The notes under the pieces: generated by a model
Told to the model about the DNA's origin: nothing
Databases searched by the model: none
Seen by the model: only the letters and a program-made list of their open reading frames with translations
Source: Eledone cirrhosa
Lineage: Eukaryota
DNA: 64,000 nucleotides
Assembly: GCA_964016885.1 (NCBI GenBank)
Contig: OZ024740.1
Span: 224,130,001 to 224,194,000 of the forward strand
Direction of reading: 5' to 3'
In this document: one piece after another, positions 26,762-37,469 of the stretch
Position numbering within the stretch: position 1 is the first letter of the stretch
Layout: every line of letters starts with the position of its first letter
Program-made: the position numbers and the translations under genes

Positions 26762-28069
26762 CTATATATTGGGCTTAAAGTTTTGGAAGGAATGTCTGAA
26801 GCGGTGCTGGCAAGTTGCAAACACTTCAGATTTTTTGTTAAGTAGGTTACGATTAGAGAAGATAATAGTGTGGGTCTCTAGTATACAGAGGTTACACAAT
26901 TTATTAGGTGGTTTGTACGAAGTGGCGCTACCTATCACTTCCCATTTGAGTGTGTAAGGTTTATTTTTAGCTTTTAGATAGTGTATGTAGCTAGATAGTG
27001 AGGTGGAGTTGGCTAGACTGTGCTTTTTGAACGAGTGGATGTGCGAATTATATCTGATTTTGAAGCAGTTAGAAGTGGAGCCTACATAGGTTTCTGAAGA
27101 GTTGCTAGTTGTGACGGTGCATGAGTATATGATATCCTTGGTTAGGCATGTTTTATCTAAAGGGAAGGTTCTATTAGCTCTACAGTTACAATTATCCTGG
27201 GTGTTAGTCTGCTGGTTATAATGCAGTGCAGAAGTCCGGGTGGTAGCTATAGGATTTTGGACATTCGGGTTGTCGACCCCGGTGTTATTTCTTATACTAG
27301 TGTTATTTCTATTACTACTGCCGTTATTATGGTTGCTTGCTACAGAGGTATTTAGAAGGTTTACCTCCTGTTGTGATTTCGTTTGTTGGAAGTAAGAATT
27401 AATTTTACTTTTATTGCTGCTAGCTATGTGGTATGCTAAGTTAGGCGTCGTAGAGTATGAGATTTTAATAGTGTTTTTGTTTAAAAGGTTGTGGTACTTG
27501 TGTACTAGAGGGAAGTTTTTATCTAGTAGTGAGAAGAAAGCCCTAGGTATGTTGGTGGAGACATTTAGGTTGAAAGGAGGGTTGAAAAATGTATTATTTC
27601 TTCTATTTTTGTTTTTAGTGTCTGGTGTGTTGTTTCTTCCTAAGGTACTACGGTAGTTTCCGTGGTAATGGTTACTTTTGGTGGCAACCTCCGCTTTAGT
27701 GTACGTGTGGTTGCTATTCATATTACTAGGTTTCCTCATGGACATATTGTGCGAGATGATGTTGTAGCTATGTGTTTTCTTAGGTAGGAACTCAATCTCT
27801 ATATTATGGCCGGATCTAGCTAATGCTTGATTATAATATTGTGAGTTTTTGCTAAATATGTTTGCGTCATAGGATAAACTAGAGATTCTATTGGATACCC
27901 CCTTAGAGATAGAGTTTATTATTGATCTAGGGTGATTAGACTTGGTATCCACGTAAATGAGTTTTTCGTTAGGCTTATGGAAAGGTGTATATATTTTTGA
28001 GTCTAGGTATAGTGTGGCGTCTAGGAAGTTAACATTTTTAGTGTTTTTGTCCATGGTGATACTAAGGTA
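26762..28069 (-). CDS. PLE RT C-terminus + GIY-YIG endonuclease (5'-truncated; Nematis-like motif set)
   Basis: VNFLD, SNHP, FFNPPF, CNCR..PL..CL, IIY..YVGST..FKIRY..H, CNLC..E, LNKKSE..CQH. Confidence 0.9.
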   Translation of the reverse strand, partial: YLSITMDKNTKNVNFLDATLYLDSKIYTPFHKPNEKLIYVDTKSNHPRSIINSISKGVSNRISSLSYDANIFSKNSQYYNQALARSGHNIEIEFLPKKTHSYNIISHNMSMRKPSNMNSNHTYTKAEVATKSNHYHGNYRSTLGRNNTPDTKNKNRRNNTFFNPPFNLNVSTNIPRAFFSLLDKNFPLVHKYHNLLNKNTIKISYSTTPNLAYHIASSNKSKINSYFQQTKSQQEVNLLNTSVASNHNNGSSNRNNTSIRNNTGVDNPNVQNPIATTRTSALHYNQQTNTQDNCNCRANRTFPLDKTCLTKDIIYSCTVTTSNSSETYVGSTSNCFKIRYNSHIHSFKKHSLANSTSLSSYIHYLKAKNKPYTLKWEVIGSATSYKPPNKLCNLCILETHTIIFSNRNLLNKKSEVFATCQHRFRHSFQNFKPNI

Positions 28070-28565
28070 TCGTGGATTATGTGAGGGGCATATAATCTGA
28101 AAAATACGCTCCCCAGACTATGAAAATGTCGCAGTGCATGAAATCCATATCATCGCTTCGCTACGCATTTCCAATATTTTTAATGCTTACACTATTTTTA
28201 ATACTTATATTATTTCTCCACACACAGGCTATAACAATCATATAAAGAATTCATCACCAGATCAACCACCTTAACACTCTCGATTACCTGCTTAAGTGCT
28301 TCTATTACACGTAACTCTCTGCCCGACTATATAAACAAGACGCACGTGCTTGCCACACATATAACCTTTGCACTCTATAACCGCTTAATTTCATGTTGTA
28401 TTTTAACCTGTATTTTTGATTGTATCTTTTAATATGAATGTAATCTCTAAATGTGTACTGCCACACTAAATGCTATAATGAATGTTGACCCACAATATTT
28501 GCATGTGTATCTGTATGTCTCTTGGGTCAAAAGGAGGTCATATAAGTGTTCATTCAATAATAAAT

Positions 28566-28612
28566 TGCTCCGAAGAATCCAAACCTCGGTTTGGAGGAAA
28601 CAGTTGTAAGCA
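28566..28612 (+). ncRNA. Type I HHR (core CCGAAGA), inverted-arm copy
   Basis: TGCT-CCGAAGA-aTCCAAACC tc GGTTTGGAg-GAAA-CAGTTG-TA-AGCA. Confidence 0.7.
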
Positions 28613-28813
28613 TAAAAATGTTTTGAACAGTTCTTTGATTCTTATAATTCATATAACTGCTCTGTAAATCATCTGATGTTATTACATTGAGCTATTTAAC
28701 TTACTGGTAATAAGGTAGTAATATATTACTGCCTACCACTATTTAGGGTTTATAAAAATATATATAACTGCAAAAGGTTTTTGTATTTACATAACCATAA
28801 ATAGTATAATTAA

Positions 28814-28855
<42 letters not shown>

Positions 28856-28857
28856 CT

Positions 28858-29320
28858 ATATATACGTATACATACTTATATTTAAGTATCAGCCGTACTA
28901 AGAGTGAGAAATGAAATTTCATTTTTTCCATTTATATATATATATATATAAATGGAAACATGAAATTTCATTTCTCACTCTTAGTACGGGTGATACTTAA
29001 ATATAAGTATGTATAAGTACGTACGTATATGTATACAGACGTACAGTAGTATGTATATAATACATACATGCACACATATATATATGTACGTATGGGTTTA
29101 CCGAACATTTATTATAATGTTCGGTTTGTTTGTAAACAAACAGTAACAATGGTTGCCGAACATTATACGGCTTAATACGGGCTGTTTCTTTACAAACAAA
29201 CCAAACATTATAATAAATGTTCGGTAAACCCATACGTGCAAATATATGCATGTATGTATGTATATACATACTACTGTGCGTCTGTATACATATATGTATG
29301 TACCTATACATACTTATACA
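28858..29320. mobile_element. Family M copies in alternating orientation (+, -, +)
   Basis: 28858-28932(+), (TA)n, 28950-29145(-), 29150-29320(+). Confidence 0.7.
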
Positions 29321-29521
29321 TATATGTATATGTATATATATATGTCTATATGTATATATATATACATATATACATATATATATGTATATATATATATATG
29401 TATGTATATATATATTTATATATATATGTATGTATGTGTGTGTATATATATATATGTATAAATATATATGTATATATATATATATAAGTATATATATGTA
29501 TATATATATGTGTATATATAT

Positions 29522-31555
29522 ATCATCATCATCATCATCATCATCATTATCGTTTAACGTCTATCTTCCACGCTAGCATGGGTTTAGACGGGAATTGTCC
29601 CACTTGAGGCAAGATTGGTCGTCTTGCTCGTATAGGACTGTCTGGCAGGTTTTCTACGACTGGATGCCCTTCCTAACACCAACCACGTTTACAGTGTGAA
29701 CTGGGAGGTTTTTACCGTGTTACCTACACGGCCACATTACAGCGTGGACTGTGTGTTTTTTTGTCGTGACACCTACACGATCTCATTTATATAGGACTGG
29801 ATGTTGTGGTACCAACATAACTTTACAGAGAAGAGTGGTGTTGATGGGGGTGGGGGTGGGTAGTTGGATTAGTGGGATAGGTGTTGTATATTTGATTAAG
29901 AGGTGCCTACTGACTGTAGGTTTCGCTTTGTACTTAGGCAAGGCGGGTCTTCTGTATTACTGCATAGCACCAAAGATCTCGGCCCACGGACATTGTCTTA
30001 GAGAGGTGTAAATGTGTAAGGTCGAAATTTATCAAATCGTCCTAGGTTTTTCTGTGTCTGCCTACTCTGTAACTCCCATCAATTTTGATCGCCCTGCCCT
30101 ATTTATACAGCTGTCGGCTTTCATGTGACCATACCAACGTAGTCTTCTCTCGAGTAAACAGCATCTGATCTCTCTTATACCTAATTTGTCACTTAGTTCA
30201 CATTATGCTTTGCTGTTCGCGAATATTACTATTACACATCCAACAGAGCATGCATGCTTCGAACCTCTCCAGTCTGCACACAATACCTATGTCTCACTGC
30301 CATGTAAAATTGCTGTTCGTATGCAAGCATCATACAGTCTGCCTTTCATTTTTAGATAGAAACCTTTAGTGGCCAATAGTGGTATAAACTTTTAAATCCC
30401 GTTCTGACTCTAGCTACTGTATTTTCAGAGCACCCTCCACCACTGCTGATTTTGTCACCCAGGTAACAGAAGCTATCCACTATTTCTATAGAGCCATCTG
30501 GGCAATAGAAGGAGCTAGTATCCTGTGGACGCTTGCTACATATTGCACCTGAGCACCAACCACATATAAAATCTACGTTCTTAGATAGCTTACCTGTGAT
30601 CCCATTACATCTTGTATGCACCCATACTTTGCATTTGGGACATATAATAGAATTTCTGCCTACTCCTTTCCTACACAAGCATGGCCATTTCCCAGAGGGG
30701 ACCTTTGCCCTATTTTCCTTCCTACATACTAGAACATTAGTCTTAGACAAGTTAGCTTTAAGGCCTTTCGATTCTAGGCCTGGCTTCCATGTTTGGAGTT
30801 TCCTCTCTAGTTCTGCTATCGATTCAGCTATGAGTGTTAGATCATCTGCATATAGAGGTTCACATGGGTAGCCAGTCTTGAACTCCTCTGTTATAGCCTG
30901 AAGGGCAATAATAAATAGGAGGGGACTAAGGACAGAGACTTGATGAACACCAACTTTTACGCTAAATTCTTCACTATATTCGTTGTTAATTCTAACCTTG
31001 CTGACTGTTTCTATATACAAGGCTTGTATAGCTCTCACAAGCCATTCATCAACGCATAGTTTTCTAAGGGCCCACAAGATAATGGGGCTGGGGAGTCTGT
31101 CAGAGGCTTTCTCCAAGTCAACAAAAACTAAGTATAGGGGTTTACTTTTAGCTAGGTACTTCTCCTGTAGTTAGCGTACAAGGAAAAGGGCGTCTGCGGT
31201 ACTTTTACCTGACATAAACCCAAACTGCATTTAGTCTAGATCAATTTGCTCTCTGATTAGTTGCGCTATAACTTTTTCTGTGACCTTCATGACCTGGTCA
31301 ATTAAATTAATGCCTCTATAGTTTCCTCTATGTAGTGCACCTCCTTTTCTCTTGTAGCAGTTAATGATGATGCTGCATTCCAGTCATTTGGTATGAACCC
31401 GTTCTGTATGATTTGGTTTACTATCCGGGTGACCATAGTGTGTCCCACTACCACAGATGCTTTCAGCATTTCAGCAACTATCTCCAAAGGCCCGGCTGCC
31501 TTGCCTGTCTTCATATCTTCGATTGCCTTACTTACCTTCAACTTGCACTGCTGGT

Positions 31556-31558
<3 letters not shown>
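29522..31558 (-). mobile_element. RTE-clade LINE, 5'-truncated, RT with Cys/His finger insert
   Basis: QFGFM, FVDLEKA, GVHQ.SVLSPLLF, LYADDL, FCYLGD; stops and frameshifts; (ATG)n tail. Confidence 0.92.
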
Positions 31559-31609
<51 letters not shown>

Positions 31610-31974
31610 CAAGAAAGAAGAGTGACATGGCTTGCTATACAATAAGGGCTTTATTCACATTGCTGACAATTGTTTCTCTCAACTGCTAGGTCTAGAGATC
31701 GCTCCGTGCCTGTTTTTGCGTTAATCGATCACCAATACGTTCTTATAACCAGTCAGTTCATCAACGCGTGCGAGAGTTGGACTACCTATAACAATAATTT
31801 GTTATCCTGTATATATATATATATGTGTGTGTGTAAATATATATATATATATATGTATATATGTATCTATGTAAATATATATATATATGTATATATATAT
31901 GTATATATATATATTTCTGGAGTAAATATTCAATGATATTAAATAAATGGAAACTATATTTATAAAACCATATT

Positions 31975-32036
31975 TATTCTATTATATATATTTCAAGGCT
32001 ACCAAAAGCTTTGGCACGCTTTCATCAGATAAAATA
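31975..32036 (-). ncRNA. Type I HHR
   Basis: TATTTTAT-CTGATGA-AAGC..CCAAA GC TTTTGG..GCCTT-GAAA-TATATA-TA-ATAGAATA. Confidence 0.8.
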
Positions 32037-32863
32037 CAAAGAGTGTTTTAAGGATTTTGATATAGCCAAGGAAATATACCTTATCAGTTGAATTTTCCTT
32101 GGGTTGTGAGATTAAAGAACGGATTTTCAAACATATGGATGAGTATGCAAATGAATATGTATATAAGGTTGAGTTATATCATTGAAAAACCGATATAATA
32201 AACGCTATGGAAAGTTTAGATATATTAGTAGGAGAGAAAGAAAGAAAAAGGGAATAAAAAGAAAAGCAAGAACAAAAAATGATAAAAAGGAGAAGCAACA
32301 ACAACTCTGTAAAATGTAACTGTAGAATCAAATCAAACTGCCCTTTACAAAATAAATGCACAGTTAAAACTAGTGATAATATATTTAACTATGTCGGTGC
32401 CACTTCTACAAAGTTTAAAGATCGCTGGAATAACGATAATCATTCTTTCAGATCAGATAAAAAATCTTCTACTTCTCTTTAACATCATCTTATATGGAAA
32501 TTAAAAGGCAAGAATATAGACTATTCAATATCTTGGAAAACGATTTCGAAACCACCTTCGTACCGAAATATCGCTGTATCAAAATTCTGTAAATTGTGTA
32601 TTGAAGAAATGTTTTATATAATCAACTGTCAAAACTCTATTAATCTCACGACAGAATTATTTAATTCTTGAAGACATCGCCAAAATTCTACATTCAGAAC
32701 TATGTGCAATTTATAATATTCCTATAAATCTTCAAAATGATCCTATATTTTTTAACAATTTAAATTTTTAATATATTAATACCTCTAAATCATAATATCT
32801 CTAATATTTGTAGTACTTTCATCTTTCAGCAAAAATTTCTTATAAAATATATATATATATATA

Positions 32864-33260
32864 TATTTATTTATATGGAATTTATATGATTCCAGTTATA
32901 TAAATATATATATATATATATTTATTTATATGGAATTTATATGATTCCAGTTCTTCAATGAAATAACAACCCAACCAGGAATTGGGCATATCAGAGTATT
33001 GACAATATTATACACCACAACAACATATGTACTTGTCTATACGATACTAATTCAAACTGCCTAAAGAGGTCACAGCCAAAGATGGCTGTCACTGAAATAT
33101 ATATAGCAGTAATAAACGAAGCTAAATTTTAATTATTTGACTTTTTATTTAACTTTATTTTACACTACTCCGGAGTAACCAAACCAACCTGCACACTTCG
33201 TCGAGTGCTCCAGCCTGCATACTGAGGTGTTGGTATACAACCAACATAAACTCAAAATCT
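32864..33260 (+). mobile_element. PLE terminal fragment (HHR 33056-33110 + tail) nested in family D
   Basis: ACTGC-CTAAAGA-..ACAGCCA aaga TGGCTGT..-GAAA-TATATA-TA-GCAGT; absent from the 62.9k homologous site. Confidence 0.7.
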
Positions 33261-34253
33261 ATATTTATTTATATATATATGTATAGATATTTATATATAT
33301 TTATGTATATCTATATAATTTTAATTTTAATTTTTTAATTTTTTAATTCTTACATTATATTTTCCCAATGACACCCTCTAAAGCTATTTTTTTAAACGTA
33401 GATTAATAACCATTAACTGACTTTAGAAAAATGTATCCTATTCACGACGATGTTTAAACATTCATATTTCTTTCGACTAAGTAATTAATTAATCTCACAC
33501 TAACTCTTAAAAAATGTATCGATTAACACATAAAATTGGTGTTATCTTTCCTTTCTCAATCATATAAACTTATTATACCTAACTCCGTTAATTTAAAACA
33601 TTCTCAAACCCGAAAAAGTTATCCAAATATATAAATTCATAATTTTAACTACCTATTTATTTACATAACATACAAAATCAACTTCCTTCGCAACACATAT
33701 TAAAAACAACCACCTAAAACTTTAACTACCTATTTTTTTATTTATTTATTTATCTACATAAAACACAAAATCAACACCCTCGTAAATCATGTTGTAAACA
33801 ACTAATAATTGCAGATTAGCTCTTTTATAATAGTACATATGCTATTATTAAAAAAGATATTGATATGTATATATTTAACCCCCTGCAATATTGTAATAAG
33901 ATAAATACTTACAAACATAATTCTCCATATAATTATATACATACTATAGGTAAATATTCAAATTTATTTACCCCAAATTAACGTATATAAGTGGTCTTCT
34001 TTTTCCTTTTCCATCTTCTTTTTCCTTTTCCTTTTTTCTTTTTTCTTTCTTTCTCTCTTACTAATATATCTAAACTTTCCATAGCGTTTAAAATAACGGT
34101 TTTTCAATCATACAACTCAACCTTATTTACATATTCAATTGCATACTCATCCATAAGTTTGAAAAGTCCGTTCCTTCATCTCATTCCCCAAGGAAAATTC
34201 CACTGATAAAGTATATTTCCTTGGCTATGTCAAAATCTATAAAACACTCTTTG

Positions 34254-34315
34254 TATTTTATCTGATGAAAGCGTGCCAAAGCTTTTGGAAGCCTTGAAAT
34301 ATATATGAAAGAATA
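34254..34315 (+). ncRNA. Type I HHR, cleavage triplet mutated to AUG
   Basis: Sense copy of 31975-32036; G at position 17 is non-permissive. Confidence 0.65.
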
Positions 34316-34353
34316 AATATGGTTTTATAAATATAGTTTCCATTTATTTAATA

Positions 34354-34898
34354 CTAGCAGTAAAGCCCGGCGTTGCTCGGGGTCGCTCAGTAGCTGTGTT
34401 AAAGTTACAATGTTAAGTTTCTTTTTTGGCTTAAAGTCTGTCTGCACGCCTAACGAAATTTACAGATACATATATTTTAAATAAACTTATATAATTTTTG
34501 CTTTTTTTTACGAAATATTTGCTTGTTTTACGTAGTCTTTAAATAGACTTGTTTTCAAGTAAAAATATTGTTTTAAAAGGCTTTTAAATGGAAATGTATT
34601 GTTAATGTCATTTTAAACGCTGAGAAAGCCAACGTAATTTTTTTAATTTTTGCACGCAGACGCTCAATGTAAACAGAACAAAGGGAAATAACTGATCACT
34701 TACGCTCAAAAATCGATACATTATATTCGATTTCGTCACATAGGGTGGGTGAATTTGAAATTTTTTTTTTCCGATGTCTTCGCTAGGGCTCAATGTACAA
34801 GTATAGCAATTTCGGTGCAATTCCGTGAGAGATTCTAAGAGGAGATGTGTGCCGAAAATCGATAGACAGACAGACAACCACAGTTTTATATATATAGA
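34354..34898 (-). mobile_element. Non-autonomous Helitron (Lep1-like)
   Basis: A|TCTATATATATAAAA..(CTGT)n start; CCCGAGCAACGCCGGG hairpin, CTAG|T end; no TSD. Confidence 0.85.
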
Positions 34899-34927
34899 TC
34901 ATTGTGTATATATATATATATATATAA

Positions 34928-35515
34928 ATCCACCATCTGAGTGAGTTTCTTGGTCAGTGTCCAAGTCTCAGAGCCGTACAGCAGCACAGACTCCACTAGA
35001 GCAGATATTCAGGTCTTCGCGAAGGTCCGACTTCCACACTGATCTGAAACTGTGGCACGCTGCCCAGGGTTTGCTTTTCCTCTCAACCACATCATCTTCC
35101 TTATTCCCAATCTTTGCTCCCAAATACAAGAAGTCCTCAAACAATTCTAGCGGCTTCCCGCCTGGGTGCTACACAAGAATGCTGAGGATGGCTCTGAACA
35201 TTAATCAGTATACACTGATGATGAAGAACTCAGAGATGTATGGGAGCCTCCCAAAAGTCAGTTCAAAAGTTACACCGAGGAGATTGAGGTCAGCTGGACA
35301 TGCTCACCGACATCCAAAGTTGACGCTGCACTTAGTGATCCTGTGGGAGACCCTGCATTGACACACTGGGTGAGGAAGACCGAAGTTAACATATGTTGAT
35401 GCCCTAAGGACAGACACTGGTCTGTTGGAGACGCAGGACATGGCAGCGATAATGAGGGACAGAGACCGCTGGAGAGAACTTGTCCAGGGATCTCGGGAAT
35501 TTTACCCGCCGTAGA
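34928..35515 (+). mobile_element. RTE-like LINE 3' fragment with 5' inversion
   Basis: Minus FLYLG..VESVLLYGSETWTLTKKLTQMVD continues on plus as GCYTRMLRMAL..AGHAHRH. Confidence 0.85.
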
Positions 35516-35685
35516 TATATATAAATATATATATATAGTAAGAATATTTTCTAAAGAGCGAGTGGGTTTGAAATTATTAGAAATGTAAGCTATCGCCGTA
35601 TTATGACTAAAGAATTTAAAGAAATTATTTAGCCTGATAGTGGGGTTAAGAACCCTCGGAGAAATGGAAAAAGATGAGTATTGAC

Positions 35686-35738
<53 letters not shown>

Positions 35739-35833
35739 GCGCTAAGATACAACCGGTACTGGCATTGATAAATATGCTGGGTCCGTCAACCCTTATTATA
35801 TATATATATATATACACATCTCGGTTAATTTTG

Positions 35834-35873
<40 letters not shown>

Positions 35874-35944
35874 AATAAAATACAGAGTTATTAACTCATA
35901 TTGATACCCTGTAATTAACAAGCTCAAAGTATAAATACTGAGCA

Positions 35945-36210
35945 ATAAAGTACCAGTAATGCACTGGGTAATTGCTGGCCTTGTGCCTAAAGTAGAAACA
36001 ATTATATAGTAATATATAGGGCGGTGGATTGGCAGTATCGGTAGAGAGTCGGACGTCATGCTTTCCAGCATAGTTACGTCCCTTTACGGTCTGAGTTCAA
36101 ATCCCACAGAGGTTTATTTTGCCTTTCTTCCTTACAGGGTCGATAAAATAAAGTACCAGTAATGCACTGGTTATTTGCTGGCCTTGTGCCTAAAGTAGAA
36201 ACAATTATAT
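35945..36210 (+). mobile_element. Nin-core SINE (36019-36210) preceded by a duplicate 3' half
   Basis: Box A/B head; 35945-36017 repeats 36148-36220. Confidence 0.8.
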
Positions 36211-36756
36211 AGTAATATATGTATAAATAAGCACAATAAATTTCGTGTTTAAAATTACGAGGGTAGAAAATGCCACAAATGTTTTAAATATTTAATCTTA
36301 AACATACAGTAGGATATAATTCTATACTGACCGTATCAAAAACATTTCATCTCTCGGAGAGATTAGAGATTTAATGTTTCGCCTTGAAAATTGTGTTTGT
36401 AACAGATAATTCGTAGGCTTTCATCAGCGAGAGATTAGATCAAATGAAACAAAACACATCTAACAGCAACTCGAGGAGTAAAAATATGCACCTCGTGGTA
36501 TGAGTGGTTTTGCTAGAAATAATAGCCTTATTACACTCAACTTATAAGCTCACCTAGATAGGGAGCCGAAATACAAATAAAACAGGGCGAAACAGATTAA
36601 ATCTCTAATCTGTCCGAGAGATGAAATGTTTTTGATACGGTCAGTATAGAATTATATCCTACTGTATGTTTAAAATTAAATATTTAAAACATTTGTGGCA
36701 TTCTCTACCCTCGTAATTTTAGACACGAGATTTACTGTGTTTATTTATACATATAT

Positions 36757-36761
<5 letters not shown>
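36210..36761. mobile_element. Non-coding fold-back element with HHR
   Basis: Arms ~36210-36383 / 36586-36761; ends in (TA)n. Confidence 0.8.
36349..36435 (-). ncRNA. Type I HHR with full stem III
   Basis: ATCTCTCG-CTGATGA-aaGCCT..AGGC-GAAA..TC-CGAGAGAT; the other arm keeps GAAA-CAGATTA aatctc TAATCTG-TC (GUC site, 36612-36614). Confidence 0.8.
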
Positions 36762-36837
<76 letters not shown>

Positions 36838-37469
36838 GGCGGGCGATGGTCGTCAGCCATCCCCTCTAATTGGATATTGTTTACTGGCACATAGTCAAAG
36901 AAGGAATAAGGAACATACCTCAATTTTATGTTATAAAAACATTTTTTATATAGGAGCAATTACAGAATATATTCGAATACTTTAGTGCTCCTAGGTTGGG
37001 ATATATTTAAGTCGTCGTATACTGCCGCATGATGTGTTGTCATCCTTTGGATCACTGCATAGATAGCACGATAGAGATAGCACGTCTATTTTCTACGAGC
37101 TCTCATTGTCCATGTGTTATTGTCTCAGCTACTGACGTCAGAACTAAGGGCATTTAATCGACTGCCTTCACAGTCGTCGCTCGTTGGCGTGATCTGCTAC
37201 ATGACCTCCCACCAGATACTTAGAAAATTAAATAAAAATCGGTTCATCGAATCATCATGTATGTAGAAAAACCGATAGCAACCATCAAAAATCCCAAACC
37301 AAGGAGCAATCAGCCCAACCGAGCATGAAGGGCACAACAAATTTCAAAAATACATATTAAAAAAGCATGCACGAACGTGAAAGGAAAAAACAAATATAAT
37401 AAAATTTAAATACAATATCCTAAATGTTCCAAAAGTCACTACATGATTAAAGCACCGCACAATAGCAGT

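Larger units (their letters stand above)
25267..28745 (-). mobile_element. Penelope-like element, 5'-truncated, inverted pseudo-LTR + tail
   Basis: Near-identical inverted arms 25267-25851 / 28070-28654; ORF between; (TA)n at the 3' end. Confidence 0.92.
31915..34904 (+). mobile_element. PLE family D copy with inverted pLTR, carrying two nested insertions
   Basis: Arms 31931-32292 / 33990-34353 (+34899-34904); EN remnant CNCRIKSNCPL..YVGATSTKFKDRW at 32293-32715; same family at 61.8-64k. Confidence 0.88.

Noticed and set aside
32665-32680. TGA at the conserved Cys of CRH as selenocysteine (known in Naiad PLEs)
   Set aside because: The sister copy near 63098 has TGC, and this copy has other lesions
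36541-36575. Second HHR in the fold-back element (CTTATAA-GCTC..GAGC-CGAAA)
   Set aside because: Two core changes and no stem I or III
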